Made by a program: the position numbers and the translations under genes. DNA of 42,179 bases from a virus. Lineage: Duplodnaviria; Caudoviricetes. Under the pieces are notes generated by a model. That model made no database searches and had not been told where the DNA came from. It worked only from the letters and a program-made list of their open reading frames with translations. The stretch lies in IMG/VR virus record IMGVR_UViG_3300048599_000794, positions 1 through 42,179 of that record; one strand, given 5' to 3'. Numbering within the stretch: position 1 is the stretch's first letter; each line of letters opens with the position of its first letter. Positions 18,533-27,277 of this stretch are shown here, piece by piece.

Positions 18533-19303
18533 TTACTCAGGGTAAAGCGTCTGGGCCAGGGTCTTCGATCCGCCAGAGCCGCCGCCGTTCCCCTCCACAA
18601 ACGTGTCCTCGCTGAACTTGCCCCGCACGTTGTCCAGGAACCGCAGCAGCGGGGCGTAGCTCCCGAGGCCGGTGTTGTTCATCCAGGTCTTGAAGGCCTC
18701 GGCCTCCTGGGGGCTGGCCGAGAAGCGCCGGATCATCTGGTTGATGCCTTCGATCTTCTCGTCCAGCTTCTGGCCCCAGTCCTTGCGGATGGCCTCCTCC
18801 TGGGCCTGGAGGCCGTCGTTGAAGGCCTTGACCTGGGCCATGTTGCGCTGCACGTCGAACTCCAGCAGAGCCTGGGCCGCCTCGTTGCCGAGCCCGAGCT
18901 TGTGGGCCAGGCCCTTGAAGCCGTTCATGGCGGCCTCGTCGGGCTTGATGCCCTCGGGCAGCGTGAGCTCGTACTTGTCCGGGGCCTCGGGCACCTTGGG
19001 CAGCTTGGCGTGCAGATCGGCGAAGGCCTGGGCCAGACCGGCCACGTCCTTCACGTCCTTGAGCGCCTCGTGCCCCCGCAGGGCCTCGGGCAGGGAAGCC
19101 AGGAACTCGCCGCCCTTGGCGTCGCCGCCAGCGAGCAGGGAATCCGCCTGGCCCGGGGCCTTCTGGCCCGCGCCCTGGTCCTGGGGCTGCGTGGCCCCGC
19201 CCTGTGTCGTGTCCGCTCCCTGGCCGCCGTTGTCCGCCGTGCCGTTGGAAGCGATTCCGCCGTCCTGACTCCCGGTGTTAACCTTGGTCGTTTCCGCGTC
19301 CAT
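18533..19303 (-). CDS. capsid assembly scaffolding protein
   Basis: Disordered N-terminus, PEAPDKYEL, KDWGQK, SEDTFV, C-terminal LYP; upstream of capsid gene. Confidence 0.8.
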   Translation of the reverse strand: MDAETTKVNTGSQDGGIASNGTADNGGQGADTTQGGATQPQDQGAGQKAPGQADSLLAGGDAKGGEFLASLPEALRGHEALKDVKDVAGLAQAFADLHAKLPKVPEAPDKYELTLPEGIKPDEAAMNGFKGLAHKLGLGNEAAQALLEFDVQRNMAQVKAFNDGLQAQEEAIRKDWGQKLDEKIEGINQMIRRFSASPQEAEAFKTWMNNTGLGSYAPLLRFLDNVRGKFSEDTFVEGNGGGSGGSKTLAQTLYPE

Positions 19304-19583
19304 CGCTCGTCTCCGTGGTTGAGGGTTGTGCGCTCTCGCGCAGGATGGAAATGTTGATCTCCACGTCCGCCTCCTGAACGAGCTGGAAAAGGCCCTGGAC
19401 GAACTCCTGGATGCCTGCCAACTTGTGAATCTGGGCGTTCTGGACGTAGACCGATTCGAAGAGCCTGCCCCCCGCGTAGATGCGCGAAAGCACCCGGCGT
19501 CCGGCGGCCGTGCCGAAGGTGTCGCGCAAATCGGACAGGAGCTGGCCGCGCTCGGCGGCCCGCTTCACCTCGTCGCCGCTCAC
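19278..19583 (-). CDS. Bbp19-like small protein
   Basis: TFGTAAGRRVL motif, between portal and scaffold, GTGA overlap. Confidence 0.7.
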   Translation of the reverse strand: MSGDEVKRAAERGQLLSDLRDTFGTAAGRRVLSRIYAGGRLFESVYVQNAQIHKLAGIQEFVQGLFQLVQEADVEINISILRESAQPSTTETSDGRGNDQG

Positions 19584-21244
19584 TGGACGCCTCCCTGGGA
19601 CTGGGCCGCGTCAGCCAGGCGCGAGAGCACGTTGTCGCCGGACAGGTCCACGCCGGAGAGCTTGCGCAGGGACTCGACGTCGCGCTGCATGGCGGCGGCG
19701 CGCTCCTGGGACTGGCGCATCTTGGCCCGCTCGGCGCGCATGGCCTGGGCGTCGTCGGTGCTGATGACCGCCTTGGGCGGCACGCCGGTGTCCTCGGCGT
19801 ACTGGTCCACGAGCGCGTCCACGTCCAACTTGTCCAGCGCCCCGGGGTTGAGCTGGGCCAGCTCGCCGATGAAGGAGGAGAAAGCCCGCAGCGTCTTGGT
19901 TCCACTGGCGCGCTGGGCCATGGCCAGGGGCGAGATGAACTCGATCTTGATGGGTAGATCCTGGATTTCCGGCGGGGCAGGGGGGATCATCCCGGCCCGG
20001 TCCATGATCCCGAACACGCGCACGATGACCGGCTTGAGGAAATCGTTGATCGTCCCGTCGATGGTGGGACCGATGAGTTCCATCTTTTCCTGGACCCGCT
20101 GCTGGATTTCCAGCGCGGTGACGTTGGAGCGATTGTCGTCGGTGATGACCCGGAACAGGTCGCAGTAGAACCCGATTTCGATGAGGTGCTCCAGCTTGTC
20201 GATCTTGGCCTTGAGCTGGGCCATGGCCGCCGGGTCCACCTGGAACAAGGGGCGCAGGCCCTTTTCGTCGGCGTCCACGGGGGTCTGCCCGCCGGGCCGG
20301 GTGTCCAGGTACCGTTCGAAGGTGCTGGGCTTGGCCATGGGCGGCTTGGCCGAGAGGTGGGTAAGCTCCACGTCGGTGAACATCATGTTCTGGAGCAGGC
20401 AGGCCAGCTTGGCCATGTCCTTGCCCGGTCCTCCGCCCCACTTGTCCGGGCCGGTGAGTTCGAACACCCCCACCGGGCACGGCCACTCCAGGTAGCCGGA
20501 TTCGGAGAGCAGTACCTGGCGGCCCGCGATGTAGTAGACGCTTTCGAAGGGCATGGAGGAAGCATCCTGCTTCCTGGGGTCGCGGTTGGCCCGCTCGCGC
20601 ACCAGGTGGATGACTTCGATCTCCGCGTCCGGGTTGTGTTCTGCCATGTTCGTGAGCTCGGCTCCGCAGGTGTCCGGCCACTTGGCGGCCACCTGGTCTG
20701 CCGTCAGGGTGAACTGGCGGATGAACGTGCGCACCCGGCCGCTGGCATCCCGGTCGATCCAGTATTCGCCGATGGTCTGGGTGCGGAACCGCACGATGTC
20801 CTCGAAATCCTCGTCGATGAACATGGCCGCAGTGCCGAATCCGCCCTTCTCGAAATAGAAGCTGTAGCAGGACCGGTAGAAGTTGCTCTTGGCCAGGACC
20901 GTGAGCATGAGCCGCGTGACCTCCGCGCACCAGAGCTTGACCGGCTCCCGGCGGTTGAGCTCCTCCTGCTCCAGCCCGATCATGAGCCAGGGACGGGACG
21001 GGGAGGTGAGCCCGCCCTGCATGCCGCTGGCGAAGGTGCGCAGGGCAAACAGAGGCACCGGGTTCGGGGCCTTCTGGTTCGCCGTGGACGCGCCCCGGCT
21101 GGTGTCGCCGGACCAGAACCGCCCCTTGCGCGGGCAGATGTACGTGCCCACGTCGCGCCACTCCGGTTCCCAGGGCGCGCGGATGCGCTCCAGCCGCTTG
21201 CGGATGCGCTCCAGATCCTTGATGCGTTCGCGGTCGTCGGCCAT
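19580..21244 (-). CDS. portal (head-tail connector)
   Basis: FASGMQGGLTSPSRPW, GFGTAAM, TALEIQQRVQEKMELIGP, IEFISPLAMAQ. Confidence 0.93.
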   Translation of the reverse strand: MADDRERIKDLERIRKRLERIRAPWEPEWRDVGTYICPRKGRFWSGDTSRGASTANQKAPNPVPLFALRTFASGMQGGLTSPSRPWLMIGLEQEELNRREPVKLWCAEVTRLMLTVLAKSNFYRSCYSFYFEKGGFGTAAMFIDEDFEDIVRFRTQTIGEYWIDRDASGRVRTFIRQFTLTADQVAAKWPDTCGAELTNMAEHNPDAEIEVIHLVRERANRDPRKQDASSMPFESVYYIAGRQVLLSESGYLEWPCPVGVFELTGPDKWGGGPGKDMAKLACLLQNMMFTDVELTHLSAKPPMAKPSTFERYLDTRPGGQTPVDADEKGLRPLFQVDPAAMAQLKAKIDKLEHLIEIGFYCDLFRVITDDNRSNVTALEIQQRVQEKMELIGPTIDGTINDFLKPVIVRVFGIMDRAGMIPPAPPEIQDLPIKIEFISPLAMAQRASGTKTLRAFSSFIGELAQLNPGALDKLDVDALVDQYAEDTGVPPKAVISTDDAQAMRAERAKMRQSQERAAAMQRDVESLRKLSGVDLSGDNVLSRLADAAQSQGGVQ

Positions 21245-21253
21245 GGTCCGCTC

Positions 21254-21532
21254 CTAGGCCCCGAGCAGGGTCTTGCGCTTCACCGGGGCGGCGCTGGTGT
21301 CGCCTCCGGCCCCGGTGAGCAGGGTGGCTTTGCGCCCCAGGGACGCCTTCTCGGCCTCGGTGGCCGCCTTCTTGGCCGCCGCCGCGTCGGCCGTGGCCTG
21401 GGCCTGGGCGTCATCGCCCGTGGCTTCCCAGACCGGAGCCGGGGCCGGTGCAGGCATGGAAATCTCCGGGGCCTTGGGCGGGTCGATGAGCGGCCCGATG
21501 ATGGGAATCCAGGACAGTCCGCCTCCACCCAT
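21254..21532 (-). CDS. small pre-portal virion-associated protein with MGGGG N-terminus
   Basis: 92 aa, GGAGG RBS, starts 1 nt after the radical SAM stop; RKATLLTG...KRKTLLG C-terminus. Confidence 0.75.
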   Translation of the reverse strand: MGGGGLSWIPIIGPLIDPPKAPEISMPAPAPAPVWEATGDDAQAQATADAAAAKKAATEAEKASLGRKATLLTGAGGDTSAAPVKRKTLLGA

Positions 21533-21533
21533 G

Positions 21534-22931
21534 TCACACCTCCGCGATGCGGCGGCCGTTGAGCCAGCCGCGTTTGATGCCGTTCTGAATCGCCACCATG
21601 TGGCAGAAATGCAGGCAGAACCCGGGCACGTAGCTGGCGTAGGGAGGCCCGCTGGCCTGCACCAGGTCTATGTTCACGTCGCTGGGCCAGCTCATGACCC
21701 AGAGTTTCACGCCGTCGTAGTCGAAGCCGACCTGGTAGCGGGTGTTCTCCGCCCCCGGGTGCAGCTCGAAGGAGACCCCGCCCCGCGCGGACACCTCGCG
21801 CACCATCGCCGCCATCTCTGAGCAGAAGAAATCCACGCGCTCGGGCAGGTAGGCGCTGCGAATCCGGAACTCCTGGGCATGGTCCCGGTGGGATTCGATG
21901 AGATCCAGAATGCCGGGAATCTGCCCCGGGTGCTGGAGCGAAAAGGAAATGTGGTTGACCAGCCCGGTCCCGCGCAGGTTCTCCAGGGCCTTGAGTTTCA
22001 GGCCGAACACGCGGGGCGTGCTGTATTCCGGATGGTGGAGGCTGAACCCCAGGCCGGATATTCCCGAGTTCACGAGCGCCCGGCAGAACCCGGCGTCAGC
22101 CAGGCGGATACCGTTGGTGTACAGGCTCACCAGCTTGCCCAAGGCCCGGGCCTCCCGGATGATGGCCAGCACGTCAGGGCGCACCGTGGGCTCGCCGCCG
22201 AACAGGCAGACGTCCCGGTGCGGGCTGGCCGCGATCCTGGCCAGGATGTTGGCGAATCCGGGCTCCTCGCGGTCCCGGTCGTGGTAGCAGTTGGGGCAGC
22301 GGTTGTTGCAGCGGTGGGTCACTTCGATGTTCACGCCCGGGAAGTTGCGCCAGTGGATGCCCCTGTTGCGCGCGGCCTCCATGCAGAATGCCGCGTCCGG
22401 CTCCACCACGGACTCGCTCTCCCCATGCTCCGGGCAGGTCTTGACCATCAGCAGCACGCCGTCCTGCTCCACGATGCGCGCCTCCACCTCCCGGTAGCAG
22501 TGGTGGCACAGGGAGAGCGTCGGGCCAGTGAGCGCCGGTTCGGGAGCAGGCTGCCCGGCCTGGGCGGAAGGGATCAGGGACAGCTCGGCAATCTGGGCGT
22601 TGCCCTGGTACACGAAGCCGAAACGCTCGGCGAACCGCTTCCAGCGCTGGTCCGCAGAGTCCGGCCCGCCGGACATCTTCACCCCAACGATGCGCCGCTT
22701 CCCGAGTTCACGCCCGGCCGCCTTCATCCACTCCAGGTCCCCTGGGAAATTGTGCCAGGCAGCGCGCGGCCTGAGCACCTCCAGGTGCAGCACCAGGCAA
22801 TCCGGGTGCTCGCCAAGGGCTCCCACGGCGTACATCCTCCCGGAGGAGTCGCAGAGCTGGTAGAACCGGAAGCATTCGGCGGGCAGTCCCGCAAATTGCG
22901 GTGGCGGGTAGTCGAGAGGAAGAACGGCCAT
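21534..22931 (-). CDS. GNAT-like domain fused to Tes/MJ0619-like radical SAM enzyme (465 aa)
   Basis: Start MAVLPL 2 nt after the terminase stop; RFAERFGF GNAT-like end; SLCHHC...KTCPEHG; EVTHRCNNRCPNC; FGGEPT; YTNGIRLAD. Confidence 0.8.
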   Translation of the reverse strand: MAVLPLDYPPPQFAGLPAECFRFYQLCDSSGRMYAVGALGEHPDCLVLHLEVLRPRAAWHNFPGDLEWMKAAGRELGKRRIVGVKMSGGPDSADQRWKRFAERFGFVYQGNAQIAELSLIPSAQAGQPAPEPALTGPTLSLCHHCYREVEARIVEQDGVLLMVKTCPEHGESESVVEPDAAFCMEAARNRGIHWRNFPGVNIEVTHRCNNRCPNCYHDRDREEPGFANILARIAASPHRDVCLFGGEPTVRPDVLAIIREARALGKLVSLYTNGIRLADAGFCRALVNSGISGLGFSLHHPEYSTPRVFGLKLKALENLRGTGLVNHISFSLQHPGQIPGILDLIESHRDHAQEFRIRSAYLPERVDFFCSEMAAMVREVSARGGVSFELHPGAENTRYQVGFDYDGVKLWVMSWPSDVNIDLVQASGPPYASYVPGFCLHFCHMVAIQNGIKRGWLNGRRIAEV

Positions 22932-22933
22932 GG

Positions 22934-24517
22934 TCACATCCCGAAGGTGAAGGGGTCGTACCTGCCGCCTCCGGAAGGAGGAGGCCCGCCGAACCCCAGG
23001 GGGTTGTACGTTTCGGTCGCACCGTAGGCCCCGACCTCCACGGCCTTGGGGAACACGGCCCCGAGTTCCGTTTCCTTGATGCGGGCGATGCAGTCGAACA
23101 TGTCGTCGTGAGAAGCCAGGGGGAAATTGTGGTACTCCTCGTCCACGAACTCGCGCACGAAGTCTCGGGCTTTGCCCTCGGCGTCCATGTACATCAGGCG
23201 GTGGGGGAGCCAGAACCGGCCGTTCTCGAAGTCGGGGATGAGCCGCCGGATGCGGTCTGGCTTGGGCATCGGCCCGCCCACGGGAATGATCTTGAACCGG
23301 TAGGACTGCCGCTCCATCTCCGCCTCGATGGCCTCGATGTCCGAGTCCTTGCCGTACTTCTCGTAAGCGGCGCGCTTGGGAGACCATTTGCGGTGCATGG
23401 CGATGTACGCCCTGACGCGCTCGGCCAGGTTCAGCCGGTCGCGCAGGCCGTCCACCAGATAGGTGTTGCCGTCCCGGCCCAGGCCAATGACCACCATCAC
23501 GGTGTAGTCGTTGTACTTCTTCTTCTCTCCGGCCGGGTCGCAGAGGAGGTAGAGATTCATGCCCTGGGTGAAACCGGGCCGCTGGTCATAGAAGTTGAGC
23601 CACTCCTCGCGGAAGCCCTGGGCCTTGTCCGCGATGGGGTTGAGCAGCATCTGGCACCCGAACACGTACGGGCCCATGTCCGCCCGCTTCTTGGCCAGGG
23701 CCTCGCGGGTGAGGAGCACGGGCTCGCCCTCGGCCGTGCCGTCCACGGTGGCCGGGTGCTTGCGCGGCCGGGCCGAACCGCGCCGGATGATCTCCTTGTA
23801 CGTGTCCGCCAGGTGGTAGAACGTGCCGATCATGCGCACCGCGCCGCCCGCCGCTCCCAGGTTCAGGGACAGGGACCAGGAGTCGGTGACTTTGCGGATC
23901 ATGTCCGGCGTGGTCACGGATTCCTTGGTCACCAGGTCGTCATAGACCATGAGCCGGAAATGCTTGCCCGTGGGCTGGCCGTCGACCACGCCCCAGGCCT
24001 CCACCGTTGCCTCCTTGGGGTTGCCTGCGCGCCGGACGATGATGCCGTCGTCCTCGGACCACTTGGGGGCCTCGCGCTGGGGATTGGCCCAGAGCACGTC
24101 CGCGAACAGCCACTTCAGGTCCTCGTTGCGCTCGAACTCCCGCTTGATCTGCCTCAAGAAGTCCTTGGCCACCGGCCGGACGTGGCTGAAAATCCCGATG
24201 GTGATTTCCGGATCGGCCAGGATGTCCTGGACCGTCTTTCCGAACGTAATGATTGTGGACTTGTAGTGCTCGCGCGCCCACAGATCGAGCTGGCCGTCCG
24301 GCTCGGCCTGGACCTCGTTGCAGCGGTCGTACAGCCAGTCCTTGTTCAGGTCCTGGCGCTTGAGCTCAAACACGAGGAGATAGAACAGATCCTTGAGGCA
24401 CAGTTTGCGGCGCACCTGCCGCTCCGCGCTCCGGCCCTTGTCCCCGTTCGCCTCATCGCGCTCCACCGCCTCGGTGATGAACCGCCGGTAGAATTCGATG
24501 CGCTCCAGCCGGGTCAC
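22934..24517 (-). CDS. terL: terminase large subunit
   Basis: WAREHYKST Walker-A variant, TGKHF..MVYDDLV Walker B, CDPA, DYT, HDDMFD nuclease motifs. Confidence 0.92.
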   Translation of the reverse strand: MTRLERIEFYRRFITEAVERDEANGDKGRSAERQVRRKLCLKDLFYLLVFELKRQDLNKDWLYDRCNEVQAEPDGQLDLWAREHYKSTIITFGKTVQDILADPEITIGIFSHVRPVAKDFLRQIKREFERNEDLKWLFADVLWANPQREAPKWSEDDGIIVRRAGNPKEATVEAWGVVDGQPTGKHFRLMVYDDLVTKESVTTPDMIRKVTDSWSLSLNLGAAGGAVRMIGTFYHLADTYKEIIRRGSARPRKHPATVDGTAEGEPVLLTREALAKKRADMGPYVFGCQMLLNPIADKAQGFREEWLNFYDQRPGFTQGMNLYLLCDPAGEKKKYNDYTVMVVIGLGRDGNTYLVDGLRDRLNLAERVRAYIAMHRKWSPKRAAYEKYGKDSDIEAIEAEMERQSYRFKIIPVGGPMPKPDRIRRLIPDFENGRFWLPHRLMYMDAEGKARDFVREFVDEEYHNFPLASHDDMFDCIARIKETELGAVFPKAVEVGAYGATETYNPLGFGGPPPSGGGRYDPFTFGM

Positions 24518-25065
24518 AGCTGCGCCTCCAGCCGCTTGAGCAGGTCCTGGTGGCCGGACAGGGGAGTCTCGTCCTGGTCCTTCTCGCCGAGCGCGTCCAG
24601 GCCCCAGGCCTTGCGCTCCAGGTCCACCACGCGCTGGGCGGTCACGGCCAGGGTGGAGAGGATGCGGCAGCGCTCGGACAGCGCCTTGCCGCCCTTGGGT
24701 GCGGAGGCATCCTTGTCCATCTCCTCCATCTCGCTCACCCGGGCCTCCACCAGGACGCGCAGGCGGCCGCCGAGGCTGCGCTGGGAAGCCAGTATGTCCG
24801 CGCCGCGCTGGGCGGCCTGGGCTACGATGTCCCGGTCGTTGGCCGCGTTATCGGCCAGGGAGCGGATGGCCGCGTTGGCCGTCTCCACGCGCACGGCCCC
24901 GGTCAGGTCCCGGCTCCAGCCGTGCTTCCTGGCCCGGGCGCGGATGCTGGACTCGTCGGCTCCATGCTCCCGAGCGATGGAACGCCCAGTACGCCCGGCG
25001 CGGTACTCCCGTTCGATCTGCTCCCAGTCCGGGCGCGCGCGCTTCTTTCGCTTGGGCTCGGCCAC
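24514..25065 (-). CDS. terS: terminase small subunit
   Basis: PDWEQIEREYRAG...IAREHG...RARKHGWSRDL HTH, LERKAWGLD; GTG start with GGAGG. Confidence 0.85.
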   Translation of the reverse strand: MAEPKRKKRARPDWEQIEREYRAGRTGRSIAREHGADESSIRARARKHGWSRDLTGAVRVETANAAIRSLADNAANDRDIVAQAAQRGADILASQRSLGGRLRVLVEARVSEMEEMDKDASAPKGGKALSERCRILSTLAVTAQRVVDLERKAWGLDALGEKDQDETPLSGHQDLLKRLEAQL

Positions 25066-25067
25066 AG

Positions 25068-25304
25068 CTAGCCTCCGCTCCCATGTCGGGCGGCGCACTT
25101 CACTTCTTGTTCGCGCATCCGGTCGTAAATCGCGTCCGCTTCGGTGCGGCTAAGCGTCTGGTAGAGCGCCTTCTGCATCTCGGCCACCTGGGCCGTCAGA
25201 TTCCGGATGGTCTCCTTGAGCGAATCGATGTGCATCTTGCCCAGCCAGGCAATGATGCCCATCACCAGCGTGAACACGGCGGGCTGAACCCACTCAGCGT
25301 TCAC
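25068..25304 (-). CDS. small membrane-anchored coiled-coil protein
   Basis: GTG start overlapping the Rz stop; one TM (AVFTLVMGIIAWLG) then coiled coil. Confidence 0.6.
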   Translation of the reverse strand: MNAEWVQPAVFTLVMGIIAWLGKMHIDSLKETIRNLTAQVAEMQKALYQTLSRTEADAIYDRMREQEVKCAARHGSGG

Positions 25305-25930
25305 GGCCGCCCCTCGGCCCAGCGGTCCAGGGCCAGCTTCTGGGCCAGCACCGTGCGGCACCAGGCCCCGACGTCCGCCACGTGGGCCAGCACGTCGGCC
25401 GCGCTCACTCCCCGGCGTACCCAGGGACCAGCGGCCCCGGCGGATGTGGCGTTTCCGTCAGCCCCGGGGGCGGGGCCGGGCAGGGCATCACCGCCGTGGC
25501 CGAGACCGAGGGCCGCGTTGTACTCGCGCACCCAGCCGTCAGGAAAAACAGGGCCAGAGCCAGCATCAGGGCAACGCACCTCGCGCGACGCATCGGCGAT
25601 CCTCCTGCGGTTGAGCTCCGCGCGCTGGGCCTGGATGGTCCGCGCGGAGGAGAGAAATTTGCGCTCGGCCTCGTTCCCCCGGCGGGTGGCGTTCTCCAGC
25701 AGGAGATAGGCCTGGTGCGTGGCGTTGGCCTGGGCCTGGGCGAACTGAGTCTCCCGGCGCTCCATGGCCGCAGACCAGCGGTCATCGGCCCGGGACTTCC
25801 CGTCCGAGTAGCCCCACCAGAACCCGCCGCCAGCCGCGAGCGCCAGGGCCAGCACCACGCCCAGGACCACGGCCAGCCGTGACACGCCCGGGGCCAGCAT
25901 GGCCGTGAAGTTGGGCAGCACGGGAATCAC
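25301..25930 (-). CDS. i-spanin (Rz-like)
   Basis: N-terminal TM then helical periplasmic domain, after endolysin; GTGA overlap. Confidence 0.8.
   Translation of the reverse strand: MIPVLPNFTAMLAPGVSRLAVVLGVVLALALAAGGGFWWGYSDGKSRADDRWSAAMERRETQFAQAQANATHQAYLLLENATRRGNEAERKFLSSARTIQAQRAELNRRRIADASREVRCPDAGSGPVFPDGWVREYNAALGLGHGGDALPGPAPGADGNATSAGAAGPWVRRGVSAADVLAHVADVGAWCRTVLAQKLALDRWAEGRP
25405..25593 (-). CDS. o-spanin (Rz1-like lipoprotein) embedded in Rz
   Basis: MRRAR + hydrophobic core + lipobox LTAG-C, Pro-rich mature part, alternative frame wholly inside Rz. Confidence 0.75.
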   Translation of the reverse strand: MRRARCVALMLALALFFLTAGCASTTRPSVSATAVMPCPAPPPGLTETPHPPGPLVPGYAGE

Positions 25931-26610
25931 CGGCACACCCTCCGGCCCCACCCGGACGCCTCGTACAGCGCCGCGCGCTGGTGCAGGATGACGTCCGGAT
26001 AGCGCCGGTTCTCCGCAAAGGCCGCGTCCGAGCGGCCGCTGTCCGCCAACTCGATGCCGCCGAACCAACGCCGGGCGTCCAGCCCCATGCGCCGGGCCAG
26101 CCTCGCGTCCTTGCGCACCCATCCGAACCCCCCGTTGTAGCCGCTGAGCATCATGGCCATCCGCTCGCAGTCGTCGGCCGGGTCCATATCCCCGGCCTGG
26201 TCCCAGAGGTCCTTGTCGTACTGAGCCATGGCCCGCATCGCCCAGAACGGATTCGCGCGGTCCGCCGCGCCCATCTCCGGGTGCCTGCGCGCCATGTCCC
26301 GGGCCGTGGGCTCCATGAACTGGGACAGCCCCAAGGCTCCCACCGGGCTCTTGGCCTGCGGGTTCCAGCGACTTTCGGTGTGGACCTGGGCCGCGCCGTC
26401 CGCCACCGGGGCCTTGAGCCCCCAGACGTACTGGAACGAGCGGATCAGCTCGGAGCGCCAGCGGTTTGCCTGGGGCGGGATGGACTCAGGGTGGGCCGGT
26501 ATCGGCGCTAGGCATTCAATTGCGACAAGCACAGCCGCAAAAAAACGAAGCGCTGATGTACGGTGGAAAATCTGGCTCACCAGAAGCAGAATCCCAGCGA
26601 TATGGATCAC
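25927..26610 (-). CDS. endolysin, lytic transglycosylase (SLT) with N-terminal signal/SAR segment
   Basis: HTESRWNPQAKSPVGALGLSQFM, GYNGG, ENRRYP; GTG start overlapping holin stop. Confidence 0.88.
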   Translation of the reverse strand: MIHIAGILLLVSQIFHRTSALRFFAAVLVAIECLAPIPAHPESIPPQANRWRSELIRSFQYVWGLKAPVADGAAQVHTESRWNPQAKSPVGALGLSQFMEPTARDMARRHPEMGAADRANPFWAMRAMAQYDKDLWDQAGDMDPADDCERMAMMLSGYNGGFGWVRKDARLARRMGLDARRWFGGIELADSGRSDAAFAENRRYPDVILHQRAALYEASGWGRRVCR

Positions 26611-26945
26611 AGCCCGGCCCCCATGACCCACATGCCCATCCAGCAGCTTCCGGCCCGGCGCAGGCAGGCGGTGATGAACAGCCACTCGCAGCCCGGAGCC
26701 ACGGCGTAGTCGGCCAGGTTGGCCCGGAATCCGGTCTTCTCGGTCCAGCGGCGGATGAGGTAGCCGTGGGGCCGGGCGTAGGGCACGCACACGTGGTCCA
26801 GCATCCAGCCCAGGCAAAAGCCCTGGGCCAGGAGCATGGCCTTGTAGTTGCTCAGCTCCAGGCGTTGCGGCGCGAGGTAGAAGATTCCGAGGGTCAACAG
26901 GACCAGGGAGAGCAGCGGGACCAGGTAGCGCAGGAAGAGTTTCAT
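26607..26945 (-). CDS. putative holin
   Basis: 112 aa with 2-3 hydrophobic segments, LGWMLD..PYARP, LRRA; first gene of lysis cassette. Confidence 0.75.
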   Translation of the reverse strand: MKLFLRYLVPLLSLVLLTLGIFYLAPQRLELSNYKAMLLAQGFCLGWMLDHVCVPYARPHGYLIRRWTEKTGFRANLADYAVAPGCEWLFITACLRRAGSCWMGMWVMGAGL

Positions 26946-27031
26946 GGATCATCGCTTCGGTTTGGTTTGGACCGGCCCCGGGGGAAGAGTCCGGAGCCGG
27001 TCCACGCTCAAGGGGTAGGCTCGCAGGCTGG

Positions 27032-27060
27032 AGGATACCCAAAAGAAAAATCCCACACCA
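27032..27060 (-). promoter_or_regulatory. putative activator-dependent late promoter
   Basis: TATCCT -10-like hexamer at 27037-27032, poor -35 (TGGTGT), inverted copy of the array motif at 27048-27056. Confidence 0.4.
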
Positions 27061-27061
27061 A

Positions 27062-27159
27062 ACGGGATCTAGAAGCGGGATTTAGAGGTGGGATTCAGAC
27101 GTGGGATTCAAAGGTGGGACGATGTGGGATTCAGACGTGGGATTCAGAAGTGGGATTTC
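27062..27159 (+). repeat. 8-copy degenerate tandem repeat, consensus GTGGGATTCAGA(C/A/G)
   Basis: GGGA(T/C) cores at 27064, 27077, 27090, 27103, 27116, 27126, 27139, 27152. Confidence 0.92.
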
Positions 27160-27195
27160 TGCATAATTAAAATTGGCAATGTTCGAAAAAACTAG

Positions 27196-27224
27196 TTGAC
27201 AATGTTGCAGACAATGCCTATCTT
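27196..27224 (+). promoter_or_regulatory. sigma70-type promoter of the moron operon
   Basis: TTGACA (27196)-17 bp-TATCTT (27219), A-tract upstream, GACAATG direct repeat at 27198 and 27210. Confidence 0.8.
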
Positions 27225-27277
27225 GTAATCAACGAGGGCGGCAATGGAACCGCCGAGGAAAAACGAAGGGGAACACC

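Noticed and set aside
22932-23387. N-terminal extension of the radical SAM ORF in the ORF track
   Set aside because: Overlaps terL out of frame and reads as shadow sequence; ATG at 22931 directly after the terL stop is more plausible
27062-27159. CRISPR array or CRISPR-repeat mimic (GTGGGATTCAGAC loosely resembles the GTGGATTGAAAC end of I-C repeats)
   Set aside because: Units are 13 bp, abut without spacers and lack the repeat hairpin; they also lie upstream of the moron promoter. Resemblance is probably chance.
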